Origin: an uncultured Muribaculaceae bacterium
GTDB lineage: Bacteria > Bacteroidota > Bacteroidia > Bacteroidales > Muribaculaceae
Reading direction: 5' to 3'
Length of the DNA stretch: 64,000 nt
Assembly (NCBI GenBank): GCA_910586565.1
Contig: CAJUIT010000012.1
Location: 7,768-71,767 of the forward strand
Below, in pieces: positions 26,249-37,002 of the stretch. Position 1 is the first letter of the stretch. Every line of letters starts with the position of its first letter. Below the pieces are notes generated by a model, which was not told where the DNA came from, ran no database searches, and saw only the letters and a program-made list of their open reading frames with translations. The translations under genes and the position numbers were made by a program.

Positions 26249-27046
26249 TTAAAACGGAAGGCTTAGCACCACCCACAGGGGGAGGTTGTCGGTGGAGATC
26301 AAACGAATCCACAGTGTTTCGGCGGATGCCTGCGACTCATGTTCCGCAGTTTCTGCCGCTGCATGTTTCATCACTTTTGCCGACGAAAGCTCCACCTCAG
26401 TGGAATTGACGAAAAATTGAGGTTGTGGAATATCGACCGGGGATGCGCCTTCAGCAGGGAGTGATTGTCGAGAAATTCCGTCGGAAAATATCACCGAAAA
26501 CTCCCTGCCGGTGGATATGTCGATGGCTTCTATAACACAGCCCGGGGTGAGAACAAAGGCATCGGCCGGGCGCATGTCAACCGAAAAGATTGTTCCAGGC
26601 ACGGAATAGCGCAGCGCTTGCTCTCCGGCCGTAATGCGCATTGACGCATCTTCCAACCGGGCGGCGATTTCACCGGGGGCCTCGGGGTCATCGTCAACGG
26701 GCGTATCAACCCCTATCACCTCCACGGGGCACCGCAGGCGCTTTCCGTCGGCACTGACCAACAGTTCGCCCACCCCGGCCACAAGCCCGGTGACGTGAAG
26801 TGTGAGCCCGTCGGTGGCCACCTCCACACAATCGGGAACAGAGACCACACTCACCTCGGTGGCATTCAGGATGCGACAGCTTATAGTCTCACCCGTGCGC
26901 ACCGACAGGCGGGTCACTGAAAATGAGGGGCGGAGCTGCGCCTGCGGCTCCTCTTCGGAGCCTTTGCAACCCACGGCAGCGAGCAAAACCACGATAGTAC
27001 ACACCAATGCGACCAAGCGGTTAAGTGAGCAGATGCGTAGAAACAT
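26249..27046 (-). CDS. Hypothetical lipoprotein (Ig-like domain?)
   Basis: 265 aa. Lipobox LLAAVGC. 5 nt downstream of the endonuclease I gene, so likely co-transcribed. Confidence 0.55.
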   Translation of the reverse strand: MFLRICSLNRLVALVCTIVVLLAAVGCKGSEEEPQAQLRPSFSVTRLSVRTGETISCRILNATEVSVVSVPDCVEVATDGLTLHVTGLVAGVGELLVSADGKRLRCPVEVIGVDTPVDDDPEAPGEIAARLEDASMRITAGEQALRYSVPGTIFSVDMRPADAFVLTPGCVIEAIDISTGREFSVIFSDGISRQSLPAEGASPVDIPQPQFFVNSTEVELSSAKVMKHAAAETAEHESQASAETLWIRLISTDNLPLWVVLSLPF

Positions 27047-27051
27047 AATCC

Positions 27052-28119
27052 TTATTTTATGATTTCAATGAGAAGTTTTCCAACCTTGTCACCCTTTCGG
27101 TAGCAAAGTTCATGCATCCCCGTTCCCAACACCGACGGCAGCAGATAATCCCCCTCAACAGCCTTGCCGTCGACGCTCCACTCGGCATCGGATGGCACGA
27201 ATGGCGATGACAAGTTGATGCGCGAATCGGAAAGCCGATAGGATGCCCGCAAGGGGGAGGTGTCAGTTTCAGAGTCGCCTCCGGTTTCGGCCGACGGGTC
27301 GAAACCACTCCCCTTTTCCGAGCCCCACAAAAACTCTACGAGCGCCGGTGTATCGACAAACGGATTGCGGTTGCCCTGCACCGTCTCAATCAAATCGTTG
27401 CGTCGCAACTCGCGTTCATCAACAGCATCGGCTCGATGCCACACAAGCAGCTGCCTCACCGCCTCATCGGATATGCCGGGATAGTAGCTCCGCTCAACGT
27501 AAGGCGCGCCGTAACCCACGGTCTGTTCCAGACCATCGGGATAGACGGTGAGCATGTAGAACATTACCCTCGCGAAATCCCCCTCATATCCCCGCGGCGG
27601 CTGCCATGCATGGCGCACACCGTCGGCGAAAAACCAAGTTCCCACGCTCCACGTTCCATTATCATATTCGGGAGTGTCAACCGTGCCGGGGCCATAACTG
27701 CCTTTGAGCTTCAAAACATTAAGCAATCCCGGCCAAAAATTGTAGAGGTCAACTTTCGCAGCCTCATAGCCCGGAGCAACCGATTTCCACCACACATTGG
27801 GGAGAAGCGGCACCAACGTGGCAGCCGCCGGAGGGAGGTCGGGCGACACGGGAAACTCCAGACTCTCGTTGCCGAAACGGTTGAGATAGCCTGTATTTGA
27901 CTCATTGGCATCGGATTTGCGCAGCAGACTCCACACCCCGTTTTCGCCAAGCATAACGGTGTGATAAGTCTGCGGGGTCGACGCGGAGGCCACGGCACGT
28001 TTCAATTCCTCCCCCTCCAATCCGGCCCACGCCGAACTGCGGGGAGCCACCGCTTTCATCGGTAATGCCACCAACAGGACCGAGGACAACCCGATTCCAA
28101 ATTTTCTTAAGCTACTCAC
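27052..28119 (-). CDS. Endonuclease I family extracellular nuclease
   Basis: 355 aa. Signal peptide. GDFARVMFYM and GNRNPFVD motifs typical of the EndA/NucM endonuclease I family. Confidence 0.75.
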   Translation of the reverse strand: MSSLRKFGIGLSSVLLVALPMKAVAPRSSAWAGLEGEELKRAVASASTPQTYHTVMLGENGVWSLLRKSDANESNTGYLNRFGNESLEFPVSPDLPPAAATLVPLLPNVWWKSVAPGYEAAKVDLYNFWPGLLNVLKLKGSYGPGTVDTPEYDNGTWSVGTWFFADGVRHAWQPPRGYEGDFARVMFYMLTVYPDGLEQTVGYGAPYVERSYYPGISDEAVRQLLVWHRADAVDERELRRNDLIETVQGNRNPFVDTPALVEFLWGSEKGSGFDPSAETGGDSETDTSPLRASYRLSDSRINLSSPFVPSDAEWSVDGKAVEGDYLLPSVLGTGMHELCYRKGDKVGKLLIEIIK

Positions 28120-28138
28120 CTTAGAAGTTATTTAAAAC

Positions 28139-28176
28139 AAAAGGTTGCGCTGAAATAACTTCAGGCAACCTTTTGT
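28139..28176 (-). terminator. Rho-independent terminator after pfp
   Basis: CAAAAGGTTGC-N16-GCAACCTTTTG followed by a T-run on the minus strand. Confidence 0.7.
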
Positions 28177-28208
28177 GGGTTTATACTACAAAGTTATGAA
28201 AATCGGGA

Positions 28209-29858
28209 TTACTTGCCCTGATGCTCATATTTGAGTGTGAGAGTGGGTTGGTCGCAAACCTCTGCCGGACCAAAATACTGGATGGGGCCGGGATAGATGT
28301 AGCAGGTGTTGAGAGCCCATTCATCACGCTTTGAAGCGAATTTCAGGAAGGGTGCACCATCGAGACGCACGAGAGCTTTTTGGATAACAGGCTTCATCTT
28401 GCCGTGGCGACGTTCCATGTTCATCATCATAGTGATGGGGATACCGCCGGCAACCCACTGCACCGAAGGTTTGGTGAGGTTGCGCACCGACGACATGTAG
28501 CCGGTCACGCCGCAACGGATGAGGCAAGCGGCATTGAAACCAAGTGCGTAGCAGTAGTCGGCATCGAAGTTGGAGGGGTCGGCGCAACGGCCTTCGTAAC
28601 CGAAGAAGTGGTGAAGAGCCGAGAATTTGCCGTTATATTTGCCTTCAGCCTTCCACTGAGCGAGACGCTTGCCAACCATTTCGGAGAGGAGCTTATCGGT
28701 TTCGATGAGCGACACCTGAACGTTGCCGTGGGGGTCGCGGTCGAGGCTGAGCTGACGTGCAACACCTTCGGGAAGCGATGCGTAGACAGCGGCGTTTTCA
28801 GCCGAAAGGTGATCGATGATATATTTGCGCTGGTCGGCGGGAGCAACAGCTGCAAATTCCTCGCCGTTCTTTGCCAGAAGGTCGTTGAGCTCGGCGATGA
28901 GACGCTTCATTGCGGGGATGAACTCGATGAGACCTTCGGGGATGAGCACGGTGCCGAAGTTCATGCCCTTGTTGGCACGCTCGGCAACAATGCCTGCGAT
29001 GTAGTCGACAACCTGGTCGAGTGTCATATCTTTCTCCTCAACTTCCTCGGAGATGATGCACACGTTGGGCTGGCACTGAAGCGCGCACTCCAGAGCGATG
29101 TGGCTTGCCGAGCGACCCATCAGTTTGATGAAGTGATAGTATTTCTTTGCCGAGTTGCAGTCGCGCTGAATGTTGCCGATAACTTCGGAGTAGACTTTGG
29201 TTGCGGTGTCGAAACCGAAGGAGGTTTCAATCACATCGTTCTTGAGGTCACCGTCGATGGTTTTGGGGCAACCGATAACCTGAACGCCTGCGTCGATGCT
29301 CTTGTAGTATTCGGCGAGCACTGCGGCGTTGGTGTTGGAGTCGTCACCGCCGATAATAACGAGAGCCTTAATGTCGAGTTCCTTGAGGATTTCCAGACCC
29401 TTGTCGAACTGCTCCTTGGTTTCGAGTTTTGTGCGGCCTGAGCCGATGATGTCGAAACCGCCGGTGTTGCGGAATTCGTCGATAATCTGCGAGGTGAGCT
29501 CAACATAGTTGTGGTCAACGAAACCGCCGGGGCCCATGAGGAAACCGTAGAGACGGCTGTCGCGGTGCACCTTCTTGATGCCGTCGAACAGACCGCAGAT
29601 TACGTTGTGACCGCCGGGAGCCTGACCGCCCGACAGAATCACACCCACGTTCATGGGTTTGGAGGGGGTGGGAGTTGAGTTCTTTTCAAACTTCAGTTCG
29701 GGAAGACCATAAGTATTGGGAAAAAGCTGTTTGATATCTTCCTGATCGGCAACCGACTGAGTTGCATGACCTTCAACAGCTTTCACTGCACCGGTAAGCA
29801 CGATGGGCAACTTGGGCTGATAAGTTGCGCGGGCTTTTTGCAGAGCACTCTTTTTCAT
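28209..29858 (-). CDS. pfp: Diphosphate--fructose-6-phosphate 1-phosphotransferase (PPi-PFK)
   Basis: 549 aa. N-terminus and GGDDSNT / PKTIDGD / MGR motifs of long-form PPi-dependent phosphofructokinases. Confidence 0.9.
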   Translation of the reverse strand: MKKSALQKARATYQPKLPIVLTGAVKAVEGHATQSVADQEDIKQLFPNTYGLPELKFEKNSTPTPSKPMNVGVILSGGQAPGGHNVICGLFDGIKKVHRDSRLYGFLMGPGGFVDHNYVELTSQIIDEFRNTGGFDIIGSGRTKLETKEQFDKGLEILKELDIKALVIIGGDDSNTNAAVLAEYYKSIDAGVQVIGCPKTIDGDLKNDVIETSFGFDTATKVYSEVIGNIQRDCNSAKKYYHFIKLMGRSASHIALECALQCQPNVCIISEEVEEKDMTLDQVVDYIAGIVAERANKGMNFGTVLIPEGLIEFIPAMKRLIAELNDLLAKNGEEFAAVAPADQRKYIIDHLSAENAAVYASLPEGVARQLSLDRDPHGNVQVSLIETDKLLSEMVGKRLAQWKAEGKYNGKFSALHHFFGYEGRCADPSNFDADYCYALGFNAACLIRCGVTGYMSSVRNLTKPSVQWVAGGIPITMMMNMERRHGKMKPVIQKALVRLDGAPFLKFASKRDEWALNTCYIYPGPIQYFGPAEVCDQPTLTLKYEHQGK

Positions 29859-30235
29859 GAATGTTAAAAACTTTATTTATTACGTTAGAAATTATAGCAA
29901 ATCAAGTGCGAAACCGTTTCGGTTTCAAATCCCTCTATCTCCCTGTAACTGAATGCAACAGCCAACAGCTATGTTGCATGCCGCCTAATCTCTGCGACAC
30001 TACAAAGTTACGCATAATTCACCGTTTTTTAGTGTGAATTAATTTTAACGAAGTTTCGCATGAGATTGCCCGAACAGTGGCATCACTAATGGCAAAAGGG
30101 AATTTGCAGTATTACCGCAACGAGCCACATACCCACTCTACGCAAACAGCTAATAATAAACAAATTCGGCGCAAAGTCCGGCAATAGCAAGAGTAGAAAT
30201 CGCTGAATTTAAAATAGACCTTGGCATAATATAAA

Positions 30236-30262
30236 TTGCCCGACGCTAAAAACATCGGGCAA
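30236..30262 (-). terminator. Rho-independent terminator after tatD
   Basis: TTGCCCGA-N11-TCGGGCAA followed by TTTAT on the minus strand. Confidence 0.55.
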
Positions 30263-30294
30263 CAAAATGCAAACTAATGTTAACAAGGCTTACA

Positions 30295-31077
30295 TCAGCC
30301 GAGATGATAAAGCCCGATTGCCGAGCGGGAGGTGACAGCCGCCACCTCTTCAACCGATTTTCCGAGAGTCTGCGCGATTTGCGCGGCTATAAGCGGAATA
30401 AAAGAGCTGTCGTTGAGCTTTCCGCGGAAGGGAACCGGGGCAAGATAGGGTGAATCGGTTTCAAGCACAATGCGCTCAAGCCCGATTGCGGGGAGTGTTT
30501 CCCGCAATCCCGAATTTTTAAAAGTCACAATGCCGTTGATACCGAAGTAGAAATCGCCAACACGCCTTATACGCTCCACATCGGCCGCAGAACCGCCGAA
30601 ACAATGGAATGTGCCGGCAGGAACCTCGGGAAGCCCCGACAGCACCTCGAGTGTCTGATCGAGCCCGTCGCGGCAATGGATATTAATCGGCAATCCGAAC
30701 TCCAATGCCATGCGGCATTGCGCGTCAAAAGCCCGCATCTGGCGCTCTACACCATCGGCATCCTCATGCAGGTCAATGCCAATCTCCCCCACCCCTACAT
30801 AGAGCGGTCGGTCGGCGCCGGTGAGTTCGGCACGAACACGAGCCACCGCCTCCTCAGGATTATCGGTGAGCTCAGTGGGATGCAGACCTGCGAACATACG
30901 CAGGTTGTCGGGAAACTTCTTAGCCAGGGTTTTCATCGCGTCGAGCTCATCGAGCGACGTGCCGGGCAGAATCATCCACTTTATCCCTGCGGCAATAGCT
31001 TTTTTAACCACATCTTCGCCACCGTTTTCATAAACATCGTCGCTGAGATGGGTGTGAGTATCGATAAATTCAATCAT
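30295..31077 (-). CDS. TatD-family metal-dependent hydrolase
   Basis: 260 aa. Starts MIEFIDTHTHL. HCF and ETDSPYL motifs. Confidence 0.85.
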   Translation of the reverse strand: MIEFIDTHTHLSDDVYENGGEDVVKKAIAAGIKWMILPGTSLDELDAMKTLAKKFPDNLRMFAGLHPTELTDNPEEAVARVRAELTGADRPLYVGVGEIGIDLHEDADGVERQMRAFDAQCRMALEFGLPINIHCRDGLDQTLEVLSGLPEVPAGTFHCFGGSAADVERIRRVGDFYFGINGIVTFKNSGLRETLPAIGLERIVLETDSPYLAPVPFRGKLNDSSFIPLIAAQIAQTLGKSVEEVAAVTSRSAIGLYHLG

Positions 31078-31107
31078 CCGATTTTCAACAAATCAACCGT
31101 TGTTATT

Positions 31108-32067
31108 TCAATGGCTTCGCGAAACCGATTTTCCGGCGAGCGAAGTGAAGAACGCGCGGGCTTCGGCAGGAATCCCGGCCTCCGACAAAGCATTGATAGC
31201 CATGTCGGTGTAGCGCGTAATCAGCTCATGCGAGCGGGCAGGAAGGTCGAGCGAGTCGTATACCTCCTTTATCTCCTTCACCTTCAGATAATCGGTGAGC
31301 TTCCTGTCGAGGATTTTCTCCATCCGCTCGCGCGCCTCGGCCATAGCGTTAATCCACAGCCATGTTTTCTTTTCATTTATAATGTCGCCCCCGATTTCCT
31401 TTCCGAAAAGCGCCGGGTCGCCATAGGTGTCGAGATAATCATCCTGCAACTGGAATGCCAGCCCAAGCAATTCGCCGTAGCGATACATGGCATCGGCCGA
31501 TTTCTCATCGGCACCGGCAAGCATGGCGCCAATGCGGCATGCACATGCCAACAACACCGATGTTTTAAGGCGAATCATCTCAAGGTATTCATCAACCGTC
31601 ACATCATCGCGGTGCTCGAAATCCATGTCGTATTGCTGACCCATGTAGATTTCCATCGCGGTTTTGTTGAACATCGCCATCACATCGGGCATCAGCGACT
31701 TATCGCAGTCGGCCATGAATTGGGTGGCCATCGTGAGCATTGCATCACCCGAAAGGATTGCCGTGGAGCTGTTCCAGCGACGGTGCACAGTGGGGCGCCC
31801 GCGCCTCACATCGGCGTTATCCATCACATCATCGTGCAGCAAAGTGAAATTGTGGAACATCTCAATCCCCACAGCCTGCGGCAACGCCACTTCGGGGTTG
31901 CAGCCGAAAGCCTCGGCCGAGGCGAGCAACAGAACCGGGCGCAACCGCTTGCCGCCACCTTCGAGCGTGTAGCGGATGGGGGCAAACAAACCGGCCGGTT
32001 TGGCGGGATAGACAATGTCGGATATGCCGCGTTCGATAATCTCGGCAAAATAATCGGTTGTGAACAT
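31108..32067 (-). CDS. Polyprenyl diphosphate synthase
   Basis: Trimmed to MFTTDYF. The longer ORF-track start would leave no promoter space and overlap the divergent gene. First and second Asp-rich motifs LLHDDVMD and QLQDDYLD are present. Confidence 0.85.
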   Translation of the reverse strand: MFTTDYFAEIIERGISDIVYPAKPAGLFAPIRYTLEGGGKRLRPVLLLASAEAFGCNPEVALPQAVGIEMFHNFTLLHDDVMDNADVRRGRPTVHRRWNSSTAILSGDAMLTMATQFMADCDKSLMPDVMAMFNKTAMEIYMGQQYDMDFEHRDDVTVDEYLEMIRLKTSVLLACACRIGAMLAGADEKSADAMYRYGELLGLAFQLQDDYLDTYGDPALFGKEIGGDIINEKKTWLWINAMAEARERMEKILDRKLTDYLKVKEIKEVYDSLDLPARSHELITRYTDMAINALSEAGIPAEARAFFTSLAGKSVSRSH

Positions 32068-32213
32068 AAGGGAAAAATAATTTGAATCATCGCAGAGGAG
32101 TGGAAACGCCAACTTCACCGGGCGCATCGCGAGTCCTCTTAAATTCACAACAAAGGTACGAATATTTGGCAATAAAGCGCTAAATTTGTAATCTAAAACA
32201 TAATCGCACCATA

Positions 32214-32399
32214 ATGACATTCGATACACTTCCCAACGATCCTATCATACTGCTAAGTTTCATCAACACAAAGCTGCGCGACGATTACCCGTCGCTGGCA
32301 GCCCTGTGCGACGACCTCAACGTCAACGCCGACGAAATCAAAGCAAAGCTGGCAAGCGTGGGCTACATCTACGACGCCAACCTCAACAAATTCATCTGA
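32214..32399 (+). CDS. DUF4250 family small protein
   Basis: 61 aa. LPNDPIILLSFINTKLRD...L..LCDDL pattern characteristic of DUF4250. Confidence 0.65.
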   Translation: MTFDTLPNDPIILLSFINTKLRDDYPSLAALCDDLNVNADEIKAKLASVGYIYDANLNKFI

Positions 32400-32405
32400 C
32401 CACGG

Positions 32406-34760
32406 TTGATGGAAAACTATCTTTCACAACTCAACAGGCAGCAGCGCGAGGCTGTTGAATATCTCGGCGGGCCACAGCTTGTAATCGCAGGAGCCGGTTC
32501 GGGCAAAACCCGCGTGCTCACCTACAAGATTGTGCACCTCCTTGCCCACGGCTACGAGCCCTACCGCATAATGGCCCTGACGTTCACCAACAAGGCCGCC
32601 CGCGAAATGCGCGAGCGCATTCAGGCACTTGTGGGAGCCGGCATCGCCAACAAACTCTGGATGGGCACATTCCACTCCATATTCGCCCGCATCCTCCGCA
32701 ACAATGCCGAGCGCATCGGCTTCAAGCCATCATTTACAATCTACGACTCGGCCGACTCGAAAGCCTTGATAAAAACAATCATCAAGGATTTGGAGCTTGA
32801 CGATAAAATCTACAAACCGTCGGCCGTGCAGAGCGCCATCTCAATGGCCAAGAACGCATTGATAAGCCCTCAGCGCTACGCCGCCGACAAAGACCTCATG
32901 GAGGCCGACAAGCGCTCGCGCCGCCCGATGATTCACGAAATCTACCGCATCTACCGCCACCGCTGCTTCGTGGCGGGAGCGATGGATTTCGACGATTTGC
33001 TCTACTATACCAACGTGTTGCTGCGCGACAACCCCGACATCCGTCACCACTATCAGGAATTTTTCCGCTATGTGCTTGTCGACGAGTATCAGGACACCAA
33101 TTTCGCCCAGCACTGCATCGTGTCGGAACTCTGCCGCGACAGCAACAGCCTCACGATGGTGGGCGACGATGCCCAGAGCATCTACTCTTTCCGCGGAGCA
33201 AACATCAAGAACATCCTCAACCTCAAGAAGGCCTACCCCACCCTCGGCATCTTCAAGCTTGAGCAGAACTACCGTTCCACCCGCAACATCGTAGATGCCG
33301 CCAACTCGCTGATAGAGAAAAACCGTGAGCAGATTCGCAAACAGGTGTTCTCCGAAAACGACGCCGGGTCGAAAATCGAAGTCATAAACTGCTCAACCGA
33401 CTATGAGGAGGCATTCCTCGTCGCCAACCGCATCGCCCAGCTCCACCGGCAAACCCACGACAGCCTTGATGAATTTGCCGTGCTCTACCGCACCAACGCC
33501 CAGAGCCGCCGTCTGGAGGAATCGCTGAGAAAACGCAACATCTCCTATCGCATCTACGGCGGTCTGTCGTTCTACCAACGCAAGGAGGTGAAGGATGCCA
33601 TCGCCTACTTCCGCCTCTCGGTCAACCCCGACGATGACGAAGCGCTGCGCCGCGTGATAAACTACCCGGCCCGCGGAATCGGCGAAACAACCGTTGCCAA
33701 GCTCACCCGCTGCGCAATGGAGCACCGCGTGAGCATCTGGGCGGTGCTCAACGACCCGGTAGCCTACGAGCTCGCCGTGAATGCCGGAACGCTGAAAAAG
33801 CTCGATGCATTCCGCACCCTCATTCAGGGCTTTATCGACATGAACACCGGCGGTGCCGATGCCTACACCCTCGCCACAGCCGTGATAGCCCGCACCCGCC
33901 TGCTGTCATCGCTCATCACCGACAACACCCCCGAAAGCATTTCAAAGCAGGAGAACCTTCAGGAAATCCTCAGCAACGTGAAAGATTTTGTGGATGAGAA
34001 AACCGAAACGGGTGAGGGCGATTCGGCCCGCATGGAGGAATTCCTTGCCCAGGTTGCGCTCGCAACCGACCAGGATGAGAAAGACACCTCCGAACAGCGC
34101 GTCACGCTCATGACCGTTCACGCCGCCAAGGGTTTGGAATTCAACAACGTGATTGTTGTGGGTGTGGAGGAGGAGCTGTTCCCGTCGGCAATGGCTTCGG
34201 GCTCAACGAGCGAGATTGAGGAGGAGCGCCGCCTGCTCTATGTAGCCATAACCCGCGCCAAGCGGTTTTGCATGCTTGCCTATGCCTCGTCGCGCTTCAA
34301 AAACGGACAGACCCATCTCTGCCAGCCGTCGCGCTTTCTCCACGACATCGATCCGCGCTACATCAAGCTGATGCAGGGCACCGAGCTGGGAGCGGAACCA
34401 TCGGGGAGCAACCCCTACGAGCGCTACCGTTCGTCGTTCCACTCGGCTCCCGTTGCCTCGCGGAGTCAGCAGCAGTCACCGCAAATCAACCGCCCGTCGG
34501 GCATATGGCGTCCGTTGTCGGTTTCCCCCGCTCCGGGCACAAGCGCCGCTCCGGCCAATCCGGGAGCCGGCTCGGGAGAATTCCGCCTGCACACCGTTGA
34601 CGAGGTGGCCGAAGGGTTGGAAATCATGCACGAACGCTTTGGCCGCGGAACAATCAAAGAGGTCGACACCGACCCCACAGGCGCCCGCATCGTGGTGCTT
34701 TTCTCAAATGTGGAGCAACGCAAACTAATGCTCAAATATGCCAAATTCCGGATTCTATGA
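32406..34760 (+). CDS. ATP-dependent DNA helicase, UvrD/PcrA/Rep family
   Basis: 784 aa. Walker A AGAGSGKT, DEYQDT, further SF1 helicase motifs, C-terminal extension. Confidence 0.9.
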   Translation: MMENYLSQLNRQQREAVEYLGGPQLVIAGAGSGKTRVLTYKIVHLLAHGYEPYRIMALTFTNKAAREMRERIQALVGAGIANKLWMGTFHSIFARILRNNAERIGFKPSFTIYDSADSKALIKTIIKDLELDDKIYKPSAVQSAISMAKNALISPQRYAADKDLMEADKRSRRPMIHEIYRIYRHRCFVAGAMDFDDLLYYTNVLLRDNPDIRHHYQEFFRYVLVDEYQDTNFAQHCIVSELCRDSNSLTMVGDDAQSIYSFRGANIKNILNLKKAYPTLGIFKLEQNYRSTRNIVDAANSLIEKNREQIRKQVFSENDAGSKIEVINCSTDYEEAFLVANRIAQLHRQTHDSLDEFAVLYRTNAQSRRLEESLRKRNISYRIYGGLSFYQRKEVKDAIAYFRLSVNPDDDEALRRVINYPARGIGETTVAKLTRCAMEHRVSIWAVLNDPVAYELAVNAGTLKKLDAFRTLIQGFIDMNTGGADAYTLATAVIARTRLLSSLITDNTPESISKQENLQEILSNVKDFVDEKTETGEGDSARMEEFLAQVALATDQDEKDTSEQRVTLMTVHAAKGLEFNNVIVVGVEEELFPSAMASGSTSEIEEERRLLYVAITRAKRFCMLAYASSRFKNGQTHLCQPSRFLHDIDPRYIKLMQGTELGAEPSGSNPYERYRSSFHSAPVASRSQQQSPQINRPSGIWRPLSVSPAPGTSAAPANPGAGSGEFRLHTVDEVAEGLEIMHERFGRGTIKEVDTDPTGARIVVLFSNVEQRKLMLKYAKFRIL

Positions 34761-35968
34761 CCTCAACATCACCCGAAAATATTGAAAAGATAAACGAGCG
34801 TCTCGCACAACTCCCCACACCATTCTATGTGGTGTATGAGGATAAGATGCGCGCCAACCTCAACCTTATCACCGACGTGGCCTCCCGCGCCGGAGTGAAA
34901 ATAATAATGGCGTTCAAAGCCAACGCCCTTTGGCGGACATTCCCCATTTTCCGCGAATACGGAATCGACTGCACCGCCTCCTCGCTCAACGAGCTGCAGC
35001 TCGGGCGCGAGGAGCTGAAAGCCCGTGTTCACTCCTATTGCCCGGCCTACACCCCGCTCACAATCGGAAAATATCTCGAAGGGAGCACCCACATCACCTT
35101 CAACTCGCTGGGGCAGTGGGAGCAGTTCCGCAACGACGTGGAGAGTTGGAACGCTTCGCACGATGCCGACGGCCACGTTTCCCCCGGGTTGCGCGTCAAT
35201 CCGCAATGCTCCGTCATAGAAACCGACATCTACAACCCTGCCCTCCCCGGCAGCCGTTTCGGTGTAACGGCCGAACAGATAGGAGACCGTCTGCCCGACG
35301 GCATCGAGGGTTTGCACTTCCACGCGCTGTGCGAATCAACAAGCCACGACCTCGCCAAAGTGCTTGAAGCTTTTGAGGCTCAATTCGGCAAATACCTCGC
35401 TCAGGTGAAGTGGGTGAACATGGGTGGCGGCCATCTCATGACACGCGAGGGGTATGACACCGACCACTTAGTGGAACTCCTGCGGGGATTCCGCAGCCGT
35501 TATCCGTGGCTCGAAGTGATTCTCGAACCCGGGAGCGCTTTCACATGGCGCACTGGCGACCTCATCGCATCGGTTGTCGACACCGTTGAAAACCAGGGCG
35601 TAAAAACAGCGATAGTCGACGTTTCATTCGCCTGCCACATGCCCGACACCCTTGAAATGCCCTATCAACCCGCCATCACCGAAAGCGTTGCCGAAAACCA
35701 CCCGATGCCCGGCGGTGCCACCCCGCTCCGCTACCGCCTCGGCGGGAACTCTTGCCTTAGCGGCGATTTCATGGGCGACTGGTTCTTCACAGCCCCCCTC
35801 AAACCGGGAGACCGCCTCACCTTCGAGGATATGAACCACTACACCACGGTGAAAACCAACATGTTCAACGGCATCAGCCACCCCGACATCGTGTTCGTCG
35901 ACAGCGACGGCCTCCCTTCCTATCTGCGCCGCTACACTTATCAGGATTATAAGTCGCGCATGTCGTAA
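34757..35968 (+). CDS. nspC: Carboxynorspermidine decarboxylase
   Basis: 403 aa. PLP-dependent alanine-racemase-fold decarboxylase layout (TPFYVVYE..., MAFKAN, EPGSAF) matching NspC. 4-nt overlap with the helicase gene. Confidence 0.8.
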   Translation: MTSTSPENIEKINERLAQLPTPFYVVYEDKMRANLNLITDVASRAGVKIIMAFKANALWRTFPIFREYGIDCTASSLNELQLGREELKARVHSYCPAYTPLTIGKYLEGSTHITFNSLGQWEQFRNDVESWNASHDADGHVSPGLRVNPQCSVIETDIYNPALPGSRFGVTAEQIGDRLPDGIEGLHFHALCESTSHDLAKVLEAFEAQFGKYLAQVKWVNMGGGHLMTREGYDTDHLVELLRGFRSRYPWLEVILEPGSAFTWRTGDLIASVVDTVENQGVKTAIVDVSFACHMPDTLEMPYQPAITESVAENHPMPGGATPLRYRLGGNSCLSGDFMGDWFFTAPLKPGDRLTFEDMNHYTTVKTNMFNGISHPDIVFVDSDGLPSYLRRYTYQDYKSRMS

Positions 35969-36003
35969 AACTCCACTTCACCCAACCTGACAACATCGGC
36001 ATC

Positions 36004-37002
36004 ATGGAAAAATTCTCAGTCATAGTTCCGGTTTACAACCGCATCGACGAAGTAACCGACCTGCTCGAAAGCCTTGCATCACAAACAGCCAAGAATTTCG
36101 AGGTAATCATCGTGGAGGATGGCTCAACAGCGCCCTGCCTCGATGCCGTGCGCCGTTACGAGCAACAGCTCGACCTCAAATATTTCTTCAAGGAGAACGA
36201 GGGGCGTTCAATCGCGCGCAACCACGGCATGGAACATGCCACAGGGTCATATTTCATCTTTTTCGATTCCGACTGCGTTATCCCGGCCGACTATTTCGCC
36301 AAACTTAACGAGATGCTCGCCCTGCGGCCGCTCGACTGCTTCGGCGGCCCCGATGCCGCCCACAGCTCATTCACAACAACACAGAAGGCCATCAACCACG
36401 CCATGACCTCCTTTCTAACCACCGGAGGGATTAGAGGCGGGAAAATCAGCCTTGAAAAGTTCACTCCCCGCACCTTCAACATGGGCTTCTCGCGCAAAGT
36501 CTATGAAAAGGTAGGCGGTTTCCGCGAGATGTTCTCCGAAGACATCGACATGAGCACACGCATAAGGTTGGCCGGATTCTCGATATCTCTCTACCCCGAC
36601 CTTCCGGTCTATCACAAGCGGCGTGTGGATTTCAAAAAATTCCTGCGTCAGGTTTATGTGTTCGGCATGTCGCGCATCACTCTCCAATTGCTCTATCCGG
36701 GCTCGATGAAGGCAGTGCATTGGCTGCCGGCAATTTTTGTAGCTGGCGTTGTGGCGATGATTCTCCTTGCGGTGTTCGTGTCGCCTTGGTGGCTGCTTCC
36801 GCTCGCGGTTTATCTGGTAGCCATTTTTGTGGCTGCACTGGCGGCCACCCGCTCGCTGACAATAGCCCTGAAAGCTGTGCCGGCATCGGTGATTCAGCTC
36901 GGCGGATATGGCTGCGGATTCATCAAGGCATATTTTCTGAAAATAATATTGCGCCGCGGCCGCAACGAGGCTGAGGAAATATCAATGCGAAAAGGTAAAT
37001 GA
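36004..37002 (+). CDS. Glycosyltransferase family 2 with C-terminal TM segments
   Basis: 332 aa. FSVIVPVYNR start and DSD motif of GT2 enzymes. Confidence 0.8.
   Translation: MEKFSVIVPVYNRIDEVTDLLESLASQTAKNFEVIIVEDGSTAPCLDAVRRYEQQLDLKYFFKENEGRSIARNHGMEHATGSYFIFFDSDCVIPADYFAKLNEMLALRPLDCFGGPDAAHSSFTTTQKAINHAMTSFLTTGGIRGGKISLEKFTPRTFNMGFSRKVYEKVGGFREMFSEDIDMSTRIRLAGFSISLYPDLPVYHKRRVDFKKFLRQVYVFGMSRITLQLLYPGSMKAVHWLPAIFVAGVVAMILLAVFVSPWWLLPLAVYLVAIFVAALAATRSLTIALKAVPASVIQLGGYGCGFIKAYFLKIILRRGRNEAEEISMRKGK

Noticed and set aside
28380-29441. A 353-aa plus-strand ORF antisense to pfp. Similar long antisense ORFs lie at 48523-49455 (tig), 51384-52502 (clpX) and 54991-56091 (ABC-F).
   Set aside because: Each lies entirely inside, and antisense to, a gene with unmistakable family motifs. 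Their products are low-complexity (G/V/A/E/H-rich) with no motifs. Long stop-free antisense frames are expected for GC-rich, codon-biased genes.
29859-30294. A 436-bp spacer upstream of pfp, examined as a possible leader or riboswitch.
   Set aside because: Only a TAACTTTG box (~30001-30012, minus strand) and a small hairpin (GAAACCG-TTT-CGGTTTC) are visible. No recognisable regulatory RNA.
30604-32085. A 493-aa plus-strand ORF spanning tatD and the polyprenyl synthase gene on the opposite strand.
   Set aside because: It crosses an intergenic spacer and two well-supported minus-strand genes. No motifs. It is an antisense artefact.
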